Positions 8,062 through 16,376 of a stretch of 36,439 bases of DNA are shown piece after piece (positions within the stretch are counted from its first letter, which is position 1; each line of letters starts with the position of its first letter). The stretch spans positions 1-36,439 of the forward strand of contig JBDREN010000144.1 of NCBI GenBank assembly GCA_043819795.1, given 5' to 3'. The position numbers were made by a program, and so were the translations under genes. The notes beneath the pieces were generated by a model. The model ran no database searches, had not been told where the DNA came from, and saw nothing but the letters and a program-made list of their open reading frames with translations. This DNA is from Elusimicrobiota bacterium (GTDB taxonomy: Bacteria; Elusimicrobiota; Elusimicrobia; UBA1565).

Positions 8062-8736
8062 CTAAATCAGCGTCAGCAGCCGATGGAGCGCGGCCAGGAC
8101 AAGCGTCGCCAGGGCGCCGGACCCGTGCAGCCTCAGGAAACGGCTCCCCAGCCTCCGGCGCAGCAGCCCGCCGAGCGCGGTGACGACAAGCATGCAGAGC
8201 GCCGTCGAGCCGGCCCAATGCCAGGCGGCGTCCGGCGGGCCGTGGATCGCGTAGAGAAGGGACGCATGGCAGGCCAAGGCGACGGCGAGCAGCGCGGCGG
8301 CCGCGGCATGGACGCGGCGGAAGCGGCCGCCGATGAAGCCGCGGCCGAAGCCGGTCCCGATCATGACCAGCAGCAAGGCCGCCGTCACGATGCCCAGGGC
8401 CGCCGCCGGCTCTTCGAACAAGCGCTCCCAGGATCGCTTCGCGGGCTCCGATGCCGTGACCGCCTTCCCGGCGAGGTACGCAACGACGGTCTCGGCCGTT
8501 CCGCGGCCGAAGGCATTCGCGCTCCCGGCCGCACGGCCCCGCATGCGCCGCACGATCTTCCGCCATTGGGCCTCGCCGCGCGTCCGCTCCAGCGCCCGCG
8601 CCGAGGGATGGCATCGCGAACACGTCCTCTCGAATACAAGGCGGGGCTCGGCCGGCTCCTTGGCCGCCGCCGCGCTCAAGCACGATGTCGCGGCCAGCAG
8701 CGCCAGCGCGGGGACAGAGATCCTAATGATGTACAT
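8062..8736 (-). CDS. Monoheme cytochrome c fused to four-TM cytochrome b-like domain
   Basis: Signal-like N-terminus, CSRCH heme-c motif, W..IVRRM distal Met; four TM helices with two Hx13H pairs. Confidence 0.7.
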   Translation of the reverse strand: MYIIRISVPALALLAATSCLSAAAAKEPAEPRLVFERTCSRCHPSARALERTRGEAQWRKIVRRMRGRAAGSANAFGRGTAETVVAYLAGKAVTASEPAKRSWERLFEEPAAALGIVTAALLLVMIGTGFGRGFIGGRFRRVHAAAAALLAVALACHASLLYAIHGPPDAAWHWAGSTALCMLVVTALGGLLRRRLGSRFLRLHGSGALATLVLAALHRLLTLI

Positions 8737-8767
8737 CACTCACATCTGGGGCGTGGCGTGTTCGGCA

Positions 8768-9298
8768 CTATTCTGAGGGCGCGGGTTGCGCGGTCCGCCT
8801 TTCGGACATGATCTGAGCCACCATATCGGGAAGCTCGGAATCCGGGAGACGGAAATACATCCCTTCCGCCTCGGCGCTCAGGCCTCCGCCCCGCGCCGAA
8901 AGCGTCCCCCGGACGTGCACCCGCTTGGCCCCCTTCTTCGTTATGAATGTCTCGATCTCGCAGACGGCCCCCACGTTCAGCGGCCGCCGGTACTTGACGG
9001 TGAGCAGCCCGGTCACCACGGGCAGTCCCACGATCCAGGCCGCGGCTCCGAGCACCTCGTCCAGGATGGCGGAGACGCCGCCCCCGTGGATGCGGCCGGG
9101 CGCGCCCTCCGCCCCGGGCCCGAACCAGGCCCAGGCCTTCAGGGAGGCGTCCGAACGGTCCCGAAAATAGCGCAGCGACAGGCGGCCGTCGGTGTCGCCG
9201 TGGGGGATGAAATTGCCGGACTTCCAGGACTCCGGGAACGGATCCACGGGCTCCCAGCTCTCATTAGGGATGATCTCGGGCGCCTTGACGCTGGACAT
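8768..9298 (-). CDS. PaaI-family hotdog thioesterase
   Basis: EGAPGRIHGGGVSAILDE motif, LTVKYRRP; start chosen at ATG 9298. Confidence 0.85.
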   Translation of the reverse strand: MSSVKAPEIIPNESWEPVDPFPESWKSGNFIPHGDTDGRLSLRYFRDRSDASLKAWAWFGPGAEGAPGRIHGGGVSAILDEVLGAAAWIVGLPVVTGLLTVKYRRPLNVGAVCEIETFITKKGAKRVHVRGTLSARGGGLSAEAEGMYFRLPDSELPDMVAQIMSERRTAQPAPSE

Positions 9299-9339
9299 GA
9301 CGGAAGAGATTCTAATAAACACGGGCCCCGAGCGGAAGC

Positions 9340-10581
9340 TTAGCCGAGCTGCCCGGCGACGTGGCCGCTCGACCACGCCCAGGTCAGGTTGAAGCCGCCG
9401 ACCTCACCGTCCACGTCCAGGACCTCCCCGGCGAAGTAAAGCCCCGGGACCCGGAGGGACCGCAGGCTCCGCGGGTCGACCTCCGAGCAGTCCACGCCGC
9501 CGGCGGTGAACTCGCCCTCGTCCCAACCCCGAGTGCCCTGGACCGGGACCCGCCAGCCCGATAGGAACCGCGCCAGAGCGTCCTTGTCGCGCGCCGGGAC
9601 GTCCTGGACGGGCGCGTCGCCGATGCGCAGGTGCTCGAGGATCGCTTCGGGAAGCTTCCCTTGAAGCAGGCCGCAGAGGCTCAGCGAAAGACGCTGGGCC
9701 GGCCGCCGCTTCCAGCGCCGCGCGAGTTCCGAACGGATCTCGCTCCGGCTGCGGCCCGGAAGGAACTTGAGCTCGAGTTCGCAGTCCGTCTTCCGCTCGC
9801 GATGGATCCGAAGCGAGATCGGGCGGCTCACGTTCAGGATCACGGGGCCCGTGAAGCCATACTTGACGAACATCATCTGATCCACGTCCCGGCAGACCTT
9901 CCGCCCGCCGACGACCGCCGCGACCTCCATCTCGGCCCGGACGCCGTGGAGCCGCTTGGAGATCGGGTTGGGCGCGAGGAGCGGAAGCGCCGTCGGCACC
10001 GGCTCGACGATCATGTGCCCGAACGCCCGGGCGAGCGCGTAGCCGGAACCGTCGCCGCCGAGCTTGGGATAGGTCTTCCCTCCGGCCGCGAGGATCAGCC
10101 GCGTCCCCCACATCCGGCCCTTCTGCGTCCGGAGCTGGAAGCCCTCGCCGTCGCGGCGCGCCTCAGAGACGTGCACGCCGAGGCGGATCTCGACCCCCTC
10201 GCGCTCGAGCTCGTCGACGAGCAGGCTCAGCACCGTCTGGGCCTGGTTCGTGACCGGGAAGAGCTTGCCCTTGTCGTTCTTCTTCTCCTCGTAGAGGGAA
10301 ACGCCCAGGTCCTCGAAGAAAGACCGCACCGCCGTATGGTCGAAACGCTCGAGCACGGTCCGGACGAACGCCCTCGAGGCGCCGGCGAAGCGCTCAGGAC
10401 GGACGTTCACGTTGGTGAGATTGCACCGCCCGGCCCCGCAGACCAGGAGCTTGCGCCCGAGCTTCTCCTGGTGCTCGACCAGGATCACCTTGAACGCGGG
10501 CCGGCTGCGCCGGGCAGCGAGAGCGGCCATCATCCCGGCCGCCCCGCCCCCGACGATCACGACGCACTCGCGCTTCGCCAT
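9340..10581 (-). CDS. HI0933/YhiN/BaiN-family flavoprotein
   Basis: IVGGGAAGMMAA, GRKLLVCGAGRCNLTN, GGKTYPKLGGDGSGY, TAGGV, GLYFAGEVLDVDGEVGGFNL. Confidence 0.92.
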   Translation of the reverse strand: MAKRECVVIVGGGAAGMMAALAARRSRPAFKVILVEHQEKLGRKLLVCGAGRCNLTNVNVRPERFAGASRAFVRTVLERFDHTAVRSFFEDLGVSLYEEKKNDKGKLFPVTNQAQTVLSLLVDELEREGVEIRLGVHVSEARRDGEGFQLRTQKGRMWGTRLILAAGGKTYPKLGGDGSGYALARAFGHMIVEPVPTALPLLAPNPISKRLHGVRAEMEVAAVVGGRKVCRDVDQMMFVKYGFTGPVILNVSRPISLRIHRERKTDCELELKFLPGRSRSEIRSELARRWKRRPAQRLSLSLCGLLQGKLPEAILEHLRIGDAPVQDVPARDKDALARFLSGWRVPVQGTRGWDEGEFTAGGVDCSEVDPRSLRSLRVPGLYFAGEVLDVDGEVGGFNLTWAWSSGHVAGQLG

Positions 10582-10607
10582 ACGGGGAAATGATACTGTA
10601 TATCTCC
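10582..10607. promoter_or_regulatory. Overlapping divergent -10 elements for two leaderless genes
   Basis: 26-bp spacer; TATCAT (minus, 10590-10595) 8 nt before ATG 10581 and TACTGT (plus, 10594-10599) 8 nt before ATG 10608; no SD sequence for either gene. Confidence 0.55.
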
Positions 10608-12227
10608 ATGGCAAATCTGTACCGGCTGGCGGGCCTCGCCTCGCCGCTCGACGAAAGCCCCGCGGCCCTCAAGCGCCGGGTCGCGAAGGCCGCGCGCGTC
10701 CCGGCCGCCCGGATCGCCGCCCTGCGCGTGACCAAGCGCTCGATCGACGCGCGCCGCAAGCCGCGCATCCGCTACGTCCTCCAAGTGGAGTTCGCGACCG
10801 AGAAGCCGCTCCCGAGACGCCTGCCGCGAGGCGTCCAGCCGGTCGAGCGGTCCGCCCTCGACATCCCCGATCCCGCGTTCCTCGCCGGGACGCGCCGCCC
10901 CGGTCCGGGCGGCCCGGTCGTCGTCGTCGGCGCGGGCCCGGCGGGGCTGTTCGCGGCGCTGGCGCTGAGCGAAGCCGGTCGCAAGACCGTCCTCATCGAG
11001 CGGGGGAAGGCGGTCGAGGAGCGCATGCGCGACATCGGCGCCCTGCGCGCCTCGGGGCGGCTCGATCCCGAGAGCAACGTCTGCTTCGGGGAGGGGGGCG
11101 CCGGAGCCTATTCCGACGGCAAGCTCTATTCGCGCGTCAAGCATCCCTATGCCCGGTGGGTGCTCAAGGCCTTCGTCGGCGCGGGGGCCGACGCCTCGAT
11201 CCTGGTCGACGCCCATCCCCACCTGGGCACGGACAAGCTCGTCGCCATCGTGCGGGGGCTCCGCGAGCGGCTCCTCGCGGCGGGCGCCGAGATCCGTTTT
11301 CAGACCCGCGTGGACTCGGTCCTGCTCGGGAAAGGCGCGGTCCGGGGCGTCCGGCTCTCGACCGGAGAGGAGATCGCGGCGTCCCGCGTGGTCCTCGCGA
11401 TCGGGCACTCGGCGCGGGACACGATCGGATCGCTCCTGCGCGACGGGGTCCGCGTCGAGCCCAAGGCCTTCGCGGTCGGCGTCCGGGCCGAGCATCCCCA
11501 GGAGCTCGTCGACAGGAGCCAGTACGGGGTCCCGCGGCATCCCGTCCTCGGCGCGGCTCCCTACGCCCTCGCCCACCAGGTCCCGGACAGCCGGCTGAAG
11601 ACGCGCGGGATCTACAGCTTCTGCATGTGCCCCGGAGGCTTCATCATCCCGACGCCGACCGAGCCCGAACGCATGGTCGTCAACGGCATGAGCAACTCCC
11701 GGCGGTCGACCCCCTTCGCGAACTCGGGCGTCGTCGTCCAGGTCGTCCCGGAGGACCTGGTCGCGCGGGGTCTCCCGGACACCCCCCTCGTCGGGATCGC
11801 CTTCCAAAGGGAGCTCGAATCCGCGGCCTTCCGCGCCGTCCGGCGCCCCTACCACGCTCCCGCCATGCGCGTGGACGACTTCATCGCGGGGCGGGCCTCG
11901 GGGGATCTCGCGGCGACGAACTTCCGCCCCGGGACCGAGGCCTGCGACCTGCGCGAGATCCTGCCCGACTGGGTCGCCGGCCCTCTCCGCGACGGGCTGC
12001 GGGCCTTCGCCCGGAAGCTGCGCGGCTACGACAGCGCCGAGGGCAACCTATTCGCGGTCGAAAGCCGCACGAGCGCGCCGGTCCGGATTACCCGGGGTGA
12101 GGACATGGCCGCGACGGGCATCGAGGGGCTCTACCCCGTGGGCGAGGGCGCCGGCTACGCGGGGGGCATCGTGAGCTCGGCCGTTGACGGCCTCCGCGCG
12201 GCCGAGGCGATCCTCGGGCCGGCCTAG
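10608..12227 (+). CDS. FAD-dependent oxidoreductase, COG2509-type
   Basis: SIDARRKP, VVGAGPAGLFAA, ESNVCFGEGGAGAYSDGKL, HPHLGTD, SFCMCPGG, ESRTSAPVRI, GEGAGYAGGIVSSAVDG. Confidence 0.9.
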   Translation: MANLYRLAGLASPLDESPAALKRRVAKAARVPAARIAALRVTKRSIDARRKPRIRYVLQVEFATEKPLPRRLPRGVQPVERSALDIPDPAFLAGTRRPGPGGPVVVVGAGPAGLFAALALSEAGRKTVLIERGKAVEERMRDIGALRASGRLDPESNVCFGEGGAGAYSDGKLYSRVKHPYARWVLKAFVGAGADASILVDAHPHLGTDKLVAIVRGLRERLLAAGAEIRFQTRVDSVLLGKGAVRGVRLSTGEEIAASRVVLAIGHSARDTIGSLLRDGVRVEPKAFAVGVRAEHPQELVDRSQYGVPRHPVLGAAPYALAHQVPDSRLKTRGIYSFCMCPGGFIIPTPTEPERMVVNGMSNSRRSTPFANSGVVVQVVPEDLVARGLPDTPLVGIAFQRELESAAFRAVRRPYHAPAMRVDDFIAGRASGDLAATNFRPGTEACDLREILPDWVAGPLRDGLRAFARKLRGYDSAEGNLFAVESRTSAPVRITRGEDMAATGIEGLYPVGEGAGYAGGIVSSAVDGLRAAEAILGPA

Positions 12228-13630
12228 AGCCGGACCTTCTCCAGATACTTGGCGGTGTGGTGACGCCAGCCGAGCTCTTGGTCCACGCGCTTGGCCATGG
12301 CTCTCAAGCCCTCGGGCTCGCCGTGGACCAGGAAGACCCGCTTGGGCTTGGACTTGGTAGTCTTCAGCCAGGCGACGAGATCATCCGAGTCCCCATGCGC
12401 GGAGACCCCGTGGATGATCGCGACTTTGGCGCGCACCGGGACGCGCTGGCCGTGTATCTTGATCTCTTTGGCCCCGTCCACCAGGGAGCGGCCGCGCGTG
12501 CCGATGACCTGGTAGCCGACCAGGAGCACGAGGTTCTCGCGCTCCGGCAGCCTGTGCTTGAGATGGTGGAGGATGCGCCCCCCGGTCGCCATGCCGCTGG
12601 CCGACACGATGATGAGGGGGCCCTTCTGCATGTTGAGCTCTTTCGACTCCTCCGTGCCGCGGACCAGGCGCGTCTTCGGCACGCGGATGGGGCAGTCGCT
12701 GGGCTTCTTGAGGAGGTCCACCTTCAGGTTGTGCTCGAGATGGTACTTCCGGTAGATCTTGACCGCGTCCGTGGCCATGGGGCTGTCCACGCAGACCGGG
12801 ACGTCCGGGAGCTTTCCCTGGAGCATGAGCTGGCGCAGGTGGTAGATGATCAGCGTCGTGCGCCCCACGGCGAAGGCCGGGATGACCACGACGCCGCCGG
12901 CCTCCACGACCGGCTTGACGTACTCCTCAAGCTGGTCCTGGACGGACTCGTACCCCTGGCGCCTGCCGCCGTAGGTGGACTCGACCAGGATGTAGTCGAG
13001 GTCTTGCGGCAAGGGGGCCGGGCCCCGCATGACTACGCGGTCGTAGCTGCCGACATCGCCCGAGACCACCATGCGCCTGCCTTCGAAGTCCAGCTCCGCG
13101 AAGGCGGCGCCCAGGATATGGCCGCTCGGATGAAGCCGGACCCGGATGCCCGCAGCGACCTCGACCTGCTCGCCGTAGTCCACGGGCTCGAGCAGGCGCA
13201 GCGCGTCCACGGCGTCCCGCTTCGTATACAGCGGAAGCGCGGGGCTGTGCTTGGAGAAGCCTTTCCTGTTCGCGTATCGCGCCTGCTCCTCCTGCAGATA
13301 CCCCGAGTCGGGAAGAAGCAGGCCCAAAAGCTCGGCCGTGGCCCGGGTGCAGTAGACGCGTCCGCCGTATCCCATCCTCGCCAAGCGCGGCAGGTAGCCG
13401 CTGTGGTCGAGGTGCGCGTGGGTCAGGACCACCGCGTCGATCTTGGCCGCGTCTATCGGCAGCGGGTTCCAGTTGCGCTCGCGCAGCTCCTTGATCCCCT
13501 GGAAGAGGCCGCAGTCGACGAGCACCTCCCGCCCGCTGGATTGCAGGAGGAACTTGGACCCCGTCACCGAGCCGGCGGCTCCCAGAAACTGGAGGGCGGG
13601 GGCGGAGGCTTCAGTTGTCTTCATTGTCAT
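12224..13630 (-). CDS. MBL-fold beta-CASP ribonuclease
   Basis: FLGAAGSVTGS, DCGLFQG, THAHLDHSG, GHILG, ESTYG, PAFAVGR, SGMATGGR, SAHGD, VHGE; AAGGAG RBS. Confidence 0.92.
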   Translation of the reverse strand: MTMKTTEASAPALQFLGAAGSVTGSKFLLQSSGREVLVDCGLFQGIKELRERNWNPLPIDAAKIDAVVLTHAHLDHSGYLPRLARMGYGGRVYCTRATAELLGLLLPDSGYLQEEQARYANRKGFSKHSPALPLYTKRDAVDALRLLEPVDYGEQVEVAAGIRVRLHPSGHILGAAFAELDFEGRRMVVSGDVGSYDRVVMRGPAPLPQDLDYILVESTYGGRRQGYESVQDQLEEYVKPVVEAGGVVVIPAFAVGRTTLIIYHLRQLMLQGKLPDVPVCVDSPMATDAVKIYRKYHLEHNLKVDLLKKPSDCPIRVPKTRLVRGTEESKELNMQKGPLIIVSASGMATGGRILHHLKHRLPERENLVLLVGYQVIGTRGRSLVDGAKEIKIHGQRVPVRAKVAIIHGVSAHGDSDDLVAWLKTTKSKPKRVFLVHGEPEGLRAMAKRVDQELGWRHHTAKYLEKVRL

Positions 13631-13718
13631 GGGTTCTCCTTGGGGAATGAATACAAAACTTCGAGCCCCTCAATCGAGCGCGCCAGGAGCGCGGCCGCGT
13701 GAGTGGCGGGAAAACAAC

Positions 13719-15101
13719 TCAAGATACGTCTCTCATGGAGCAGCGCTCCAGAAGGAGGGCGGTCTCCTTGCTGGAAAGGAACCAGACGATCGCCCGCGCT
13801 CCCTTGCCCGGCGACCCGCCGGTCGTCGCCAAGGGACTCGTGGCCAGTGCGTAGGGGACGGCCCCTTCCGCCGCCTCCAACTCCTCCAGGCGTTCGAGGC
13901 TCAGCGGCTCGCCTTTCAGATTCAGGAACAGGGGCATCCTCCATAAAAGGAGCCGGAACGGGTCGCCGGCGTCGTCGGCGGACTCCGTGAGGTGCCGCGC
14001 GGCAAGATCCCGCGCCCAGCGCAGGGCCCGCGCGCACCAGCGCACTTGGCCGGCCATGCTGTCGGCGTTCTCCCGATTCTTCGGGATCAGGCGCCACAAC
14101 GCGAAGCCCGCCGCCCCCAAGAACCCCTGGCTCCGCGACGCCCCTCCCCGCTCCATGAGCTCCCTCCAGACCGTGCGCGGCCGGGAGCTCTCCAGAAGGC
14201 CCTTCTGAACGGCCGGCAGGCGCTTGGCCAGCCTCCGGGCGACTGCGTCGAGGAGGCCGCGCGAGTGGTCCTCCAGCAGCCGCTCCAGGCTGCGCAGCCT
14301 GTCGTTGGACACGACGCGCGCCTGGGATGCGTCCAGCCTCAACTCGTCGGAGTTGACGTGGCCGCGGACCCGCACGGCGGGCGTCGCGATCCGGTGCTGC
14401 CCGGCGTGCACGCCGTACACGTAGAGGTCCACGACGCTGTCGACTCCCCCCTCGTCGGGGATCGTCAGCCAGCCCCTGACGGGACCGTCGGAGAAATGAT
14501 GCCCGGACGCGCGTTTCGCGATGGGAATGCGCGCAAGCCGAGCGCCGTCGATCCGGATGTCCGCGGGGCTCATCGCGCAGCGTTCGCGCACGTGATCGAG
14601 GGCCCGGCGGATGGCGAGACGCTTGCCAAGGTCCGTCACGCGGATGACCGTGTCGGTGTCCGGGCTCGAGACCGGGACGGTCTTGTCGTCTCCCAAGGAC
14701 GAGATGGCCAGATGCCTGCGGCCCGGGCCCGCGCCGTAGAAGATGTCGATCGCGCCGGGCCGCAGGCGCAGGGCGGCCAGGAGGCCGATCGCCACGTGCC
14801 GGCGCGAGGCGTTCTTGGGCCGCTCCTTCTCGAAGAGGACTCCGTAGGGATCGGACAGTTCCTGCTGGGTGAAGCGCCGTCCGTCGAATTCCATTTTTAA
14901 CCCGCCCTCGAACCGGCGGAAGGCTACGCGGGTGGCCCCCGCGGCCGCGGCGGCCCGCACCCAGCACAGCAGGTAGTGGGACGCGTCGGCGAGCTGGAAC
15001 TTGGAAAGCTTCTCGAGGGCCTTTCTCCGGTCCACCCGGAAGCTTCCCGACCCGACCCACGTCGCTCCGCCGTCGCCTTTTCCCCCGCTGGATTGGGCCA
15101 T
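13719..15101 (-). CDS. Hypothetical protein with degenerate GHKL (Hsp90/MutL-like) N-terminal domain
   Basis: GSFRVDRRKALEKL...YLLCWVRAAAAAGATRV...FDGRRFT...HVAIGLLAAL follows the N-box/G1/G2 order of GHKL domains but lacks the canonical E and N. Confidence 0.5.
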   Translation of the reverse strand: MAQSSGGKGDGGATWVGSGSFRVDRRKALEKLSKFQLADASHYLLCWVRAAAAAGATRVAFRRFEGGLKMEFDGRRFTQQELSDPYGVLFEKERPKNASRRHVAIGLLAALRLRPGAIDIFYGAGPGRRHLAISSLGDDKTVPVSSPDTDTVIRVTDLGKRLAIRRALDHVRERCAMSPADIRIDGARLARIPIAKRASGHHFSDGPVRGWLTIPDEGGVDSVVDLYVYGVHAGQHRIATPAVRVRGHVNSDELRLDASQARVVSNDRLRSLERLLEDHSRGLLDAVARRLAKRLPAVQKGLLESSRPRTVWRELMERGGASRSQGFLGAAGFALWRLIPKNRENADSMAGQVRWCARALRWARDLAARHLTESADDAGDPFRLLLWRMPLFLNLKGEPLSLERLEELEAAEGAVPYALATSPLATTGGSPGKGARAIVWFLSSKETALLLERCSMRDVS

Positions 15102-15108
15102 GGTTAGA

Positions 15109-15137
15109 AGAATACAGGCCAGGGTCCCGGACGTCAA
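15109..15137 (-). promoter_or_regulatory. Sigma70-type promoter, leaderless start
   Basis: TTGACG (15137-15132), 17 bp, TATTCT (15114-15109), 7 nt, ATG 15101. Confidence 0.7.
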
Positions 15138-15168
15138 GGCTCGCCGGGACTCGGAACCCGCCTTTTGG

Positions 15169-15816
15169 TCAGAAACTCAGCTCGATCCCCGTCTTGAGCG
15201 CGTGCAAAGGCTCCCTGCGGCGGGCATCCATCCTGAGATAGCCGAGCCGGAGCCTGAGGCGGTCGCATACCGGCGTCTCCAGTCCGAGGTCCAGCCGGTG
15301 CTGATTGAGCGTATCATCCAGGGTATCGCCGAGGATCTCCGAAGCCAGAAAGGGCTCCACCACCAGCCCGCCGGCGCGCATGGAGCCCTGGAAACGCAGA
15401 CGCAGACGCGCGCGCCAATTGTCGGCCGTTACTGGGTCCGTGTAGACCCGGGACTCCCCCTGCAACCGCGCGTCGAAGCGCAGCCGCCGCGCCAAGTCCC
15501 GCTGGTGCTCCAGCTTCACGCTGACCCGGTTCTCGCGCGTCGTTCGGCCCGATCGCGTAGCGCGCTGCCTTCTAAACGCGACGCCGGCGCGGAGACCCTC
15601 CGGCAGCCGGCGAGTAAGCCCCGCCTCCACGTTCCAGAGGGACCGGTCGGCGTACGTGAGCTTCCGCCCGCGCATCTCATGACTCACCCGAAAGCCGAAC
15701 CGCCGCGGCAATCGGACGACCGCGGCCGCATCGAACCACCCCTGCTCCTCGGCCCGGATGGGGACCGGCGCGAAGAGGATCGCCAGAAGCAGGACGCGGG
15801 CACAAGTGCCCGGCAT
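15169..15816 (-). CDS. DUF2490-family outer-membrane beta-barrel protein
   Basis: Signal peptide, alternating amphipathic strands, WRARLRLRF, PFLASE, NQHRL, C-terminal ...GIELSF (terminal Phe). Confidence 0.75.
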   Translation of the reverse strand: MPGTCARVLLLAILFAPVPIRAEEQGWFDAAAVVRLPRRFGFRVSHEMRGRKLTYADRSLWNVEAGLTRRLPEGLRAGVAFRRQRATRSGRTTRENRVSVKLEHQRDLARRLRFDARLQGESRVYTDPVTADNWRARLRLRFQGSMRAGGLVVEPFLASEILGDTLDDTLNQHRLDLGLETPVCDRLRLRLGYLRMDARRREPLHALKTGIELSF

Positions 15817-15919
15817 CGAGCACTTTGAGCGCCCTCCCCGCCCGCTCGCCGAGTTACTCGACATCGGTGCCAGGCACCCAGGCTGAGTTAGTCAAACAAA
15901 TCAATCTATGACACCGCCG

Positions 15920-16252
15920 TTACGGTTTTCTTTTGGGCTTCCTGAGGCCGTCGAGAAGATGCCCGACGGCCAGGAAGGGATGGCTGCGCATAAGCCTCGG
16001 TCCCGAGTATCTCATGATAACCTTGATCCTCTCACGCATGGCCGGAGAGTAGCAGTGTATCAGGCACTTGGCGCAGGTGGGCTTGCTCCCGTGGAACGGA
16101 CATTTGTCGAGGCGCGCCTCCGAGTACGCCAGGAGCTCGCGGCAGTCCCGGCACAGGCCCTCGCCTCCGCCATGGCGGTCGCGGCAGTACATCTCCACCA
16201 TGATCCTGACCGTCTTGCGCTCTCTCTCGATCCTGGAGCGTCCGCTGGACAT
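15920..16252 (-). CDS. ygbA: YgbA / nitrous oxide-stimulated promoter family protein
   Basis: ERKTVRIMVEMYC...LCRDCRELLAY...RLDKCPF..KPTCAKCLIHCY...MRYSGPRL...HP signature. Confidence 0.85.
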   Translation of the reverse strand: MSSGRSRIERERKTVRIMVEMYCRDRHGGGEGLCRDCRELLAYSEARLDKCPFHGSKPTCAKCLIHCYSPAMRERIKVIMRYSGPRLMRSHPFLAVGHLLDGLRKPKRKP

Positions 16253-16376
16253 CCGGCCATCTCCCCCTCAGTGCCGTGCACGGCCCCGCATACGTTAGCA
16301 GGCCTTTTCGCGGTCCGCAACAGGATGCGAGTCCCGTAATATCGGCCGGCCCCCGCGCACTCACAATTAAGGCATA

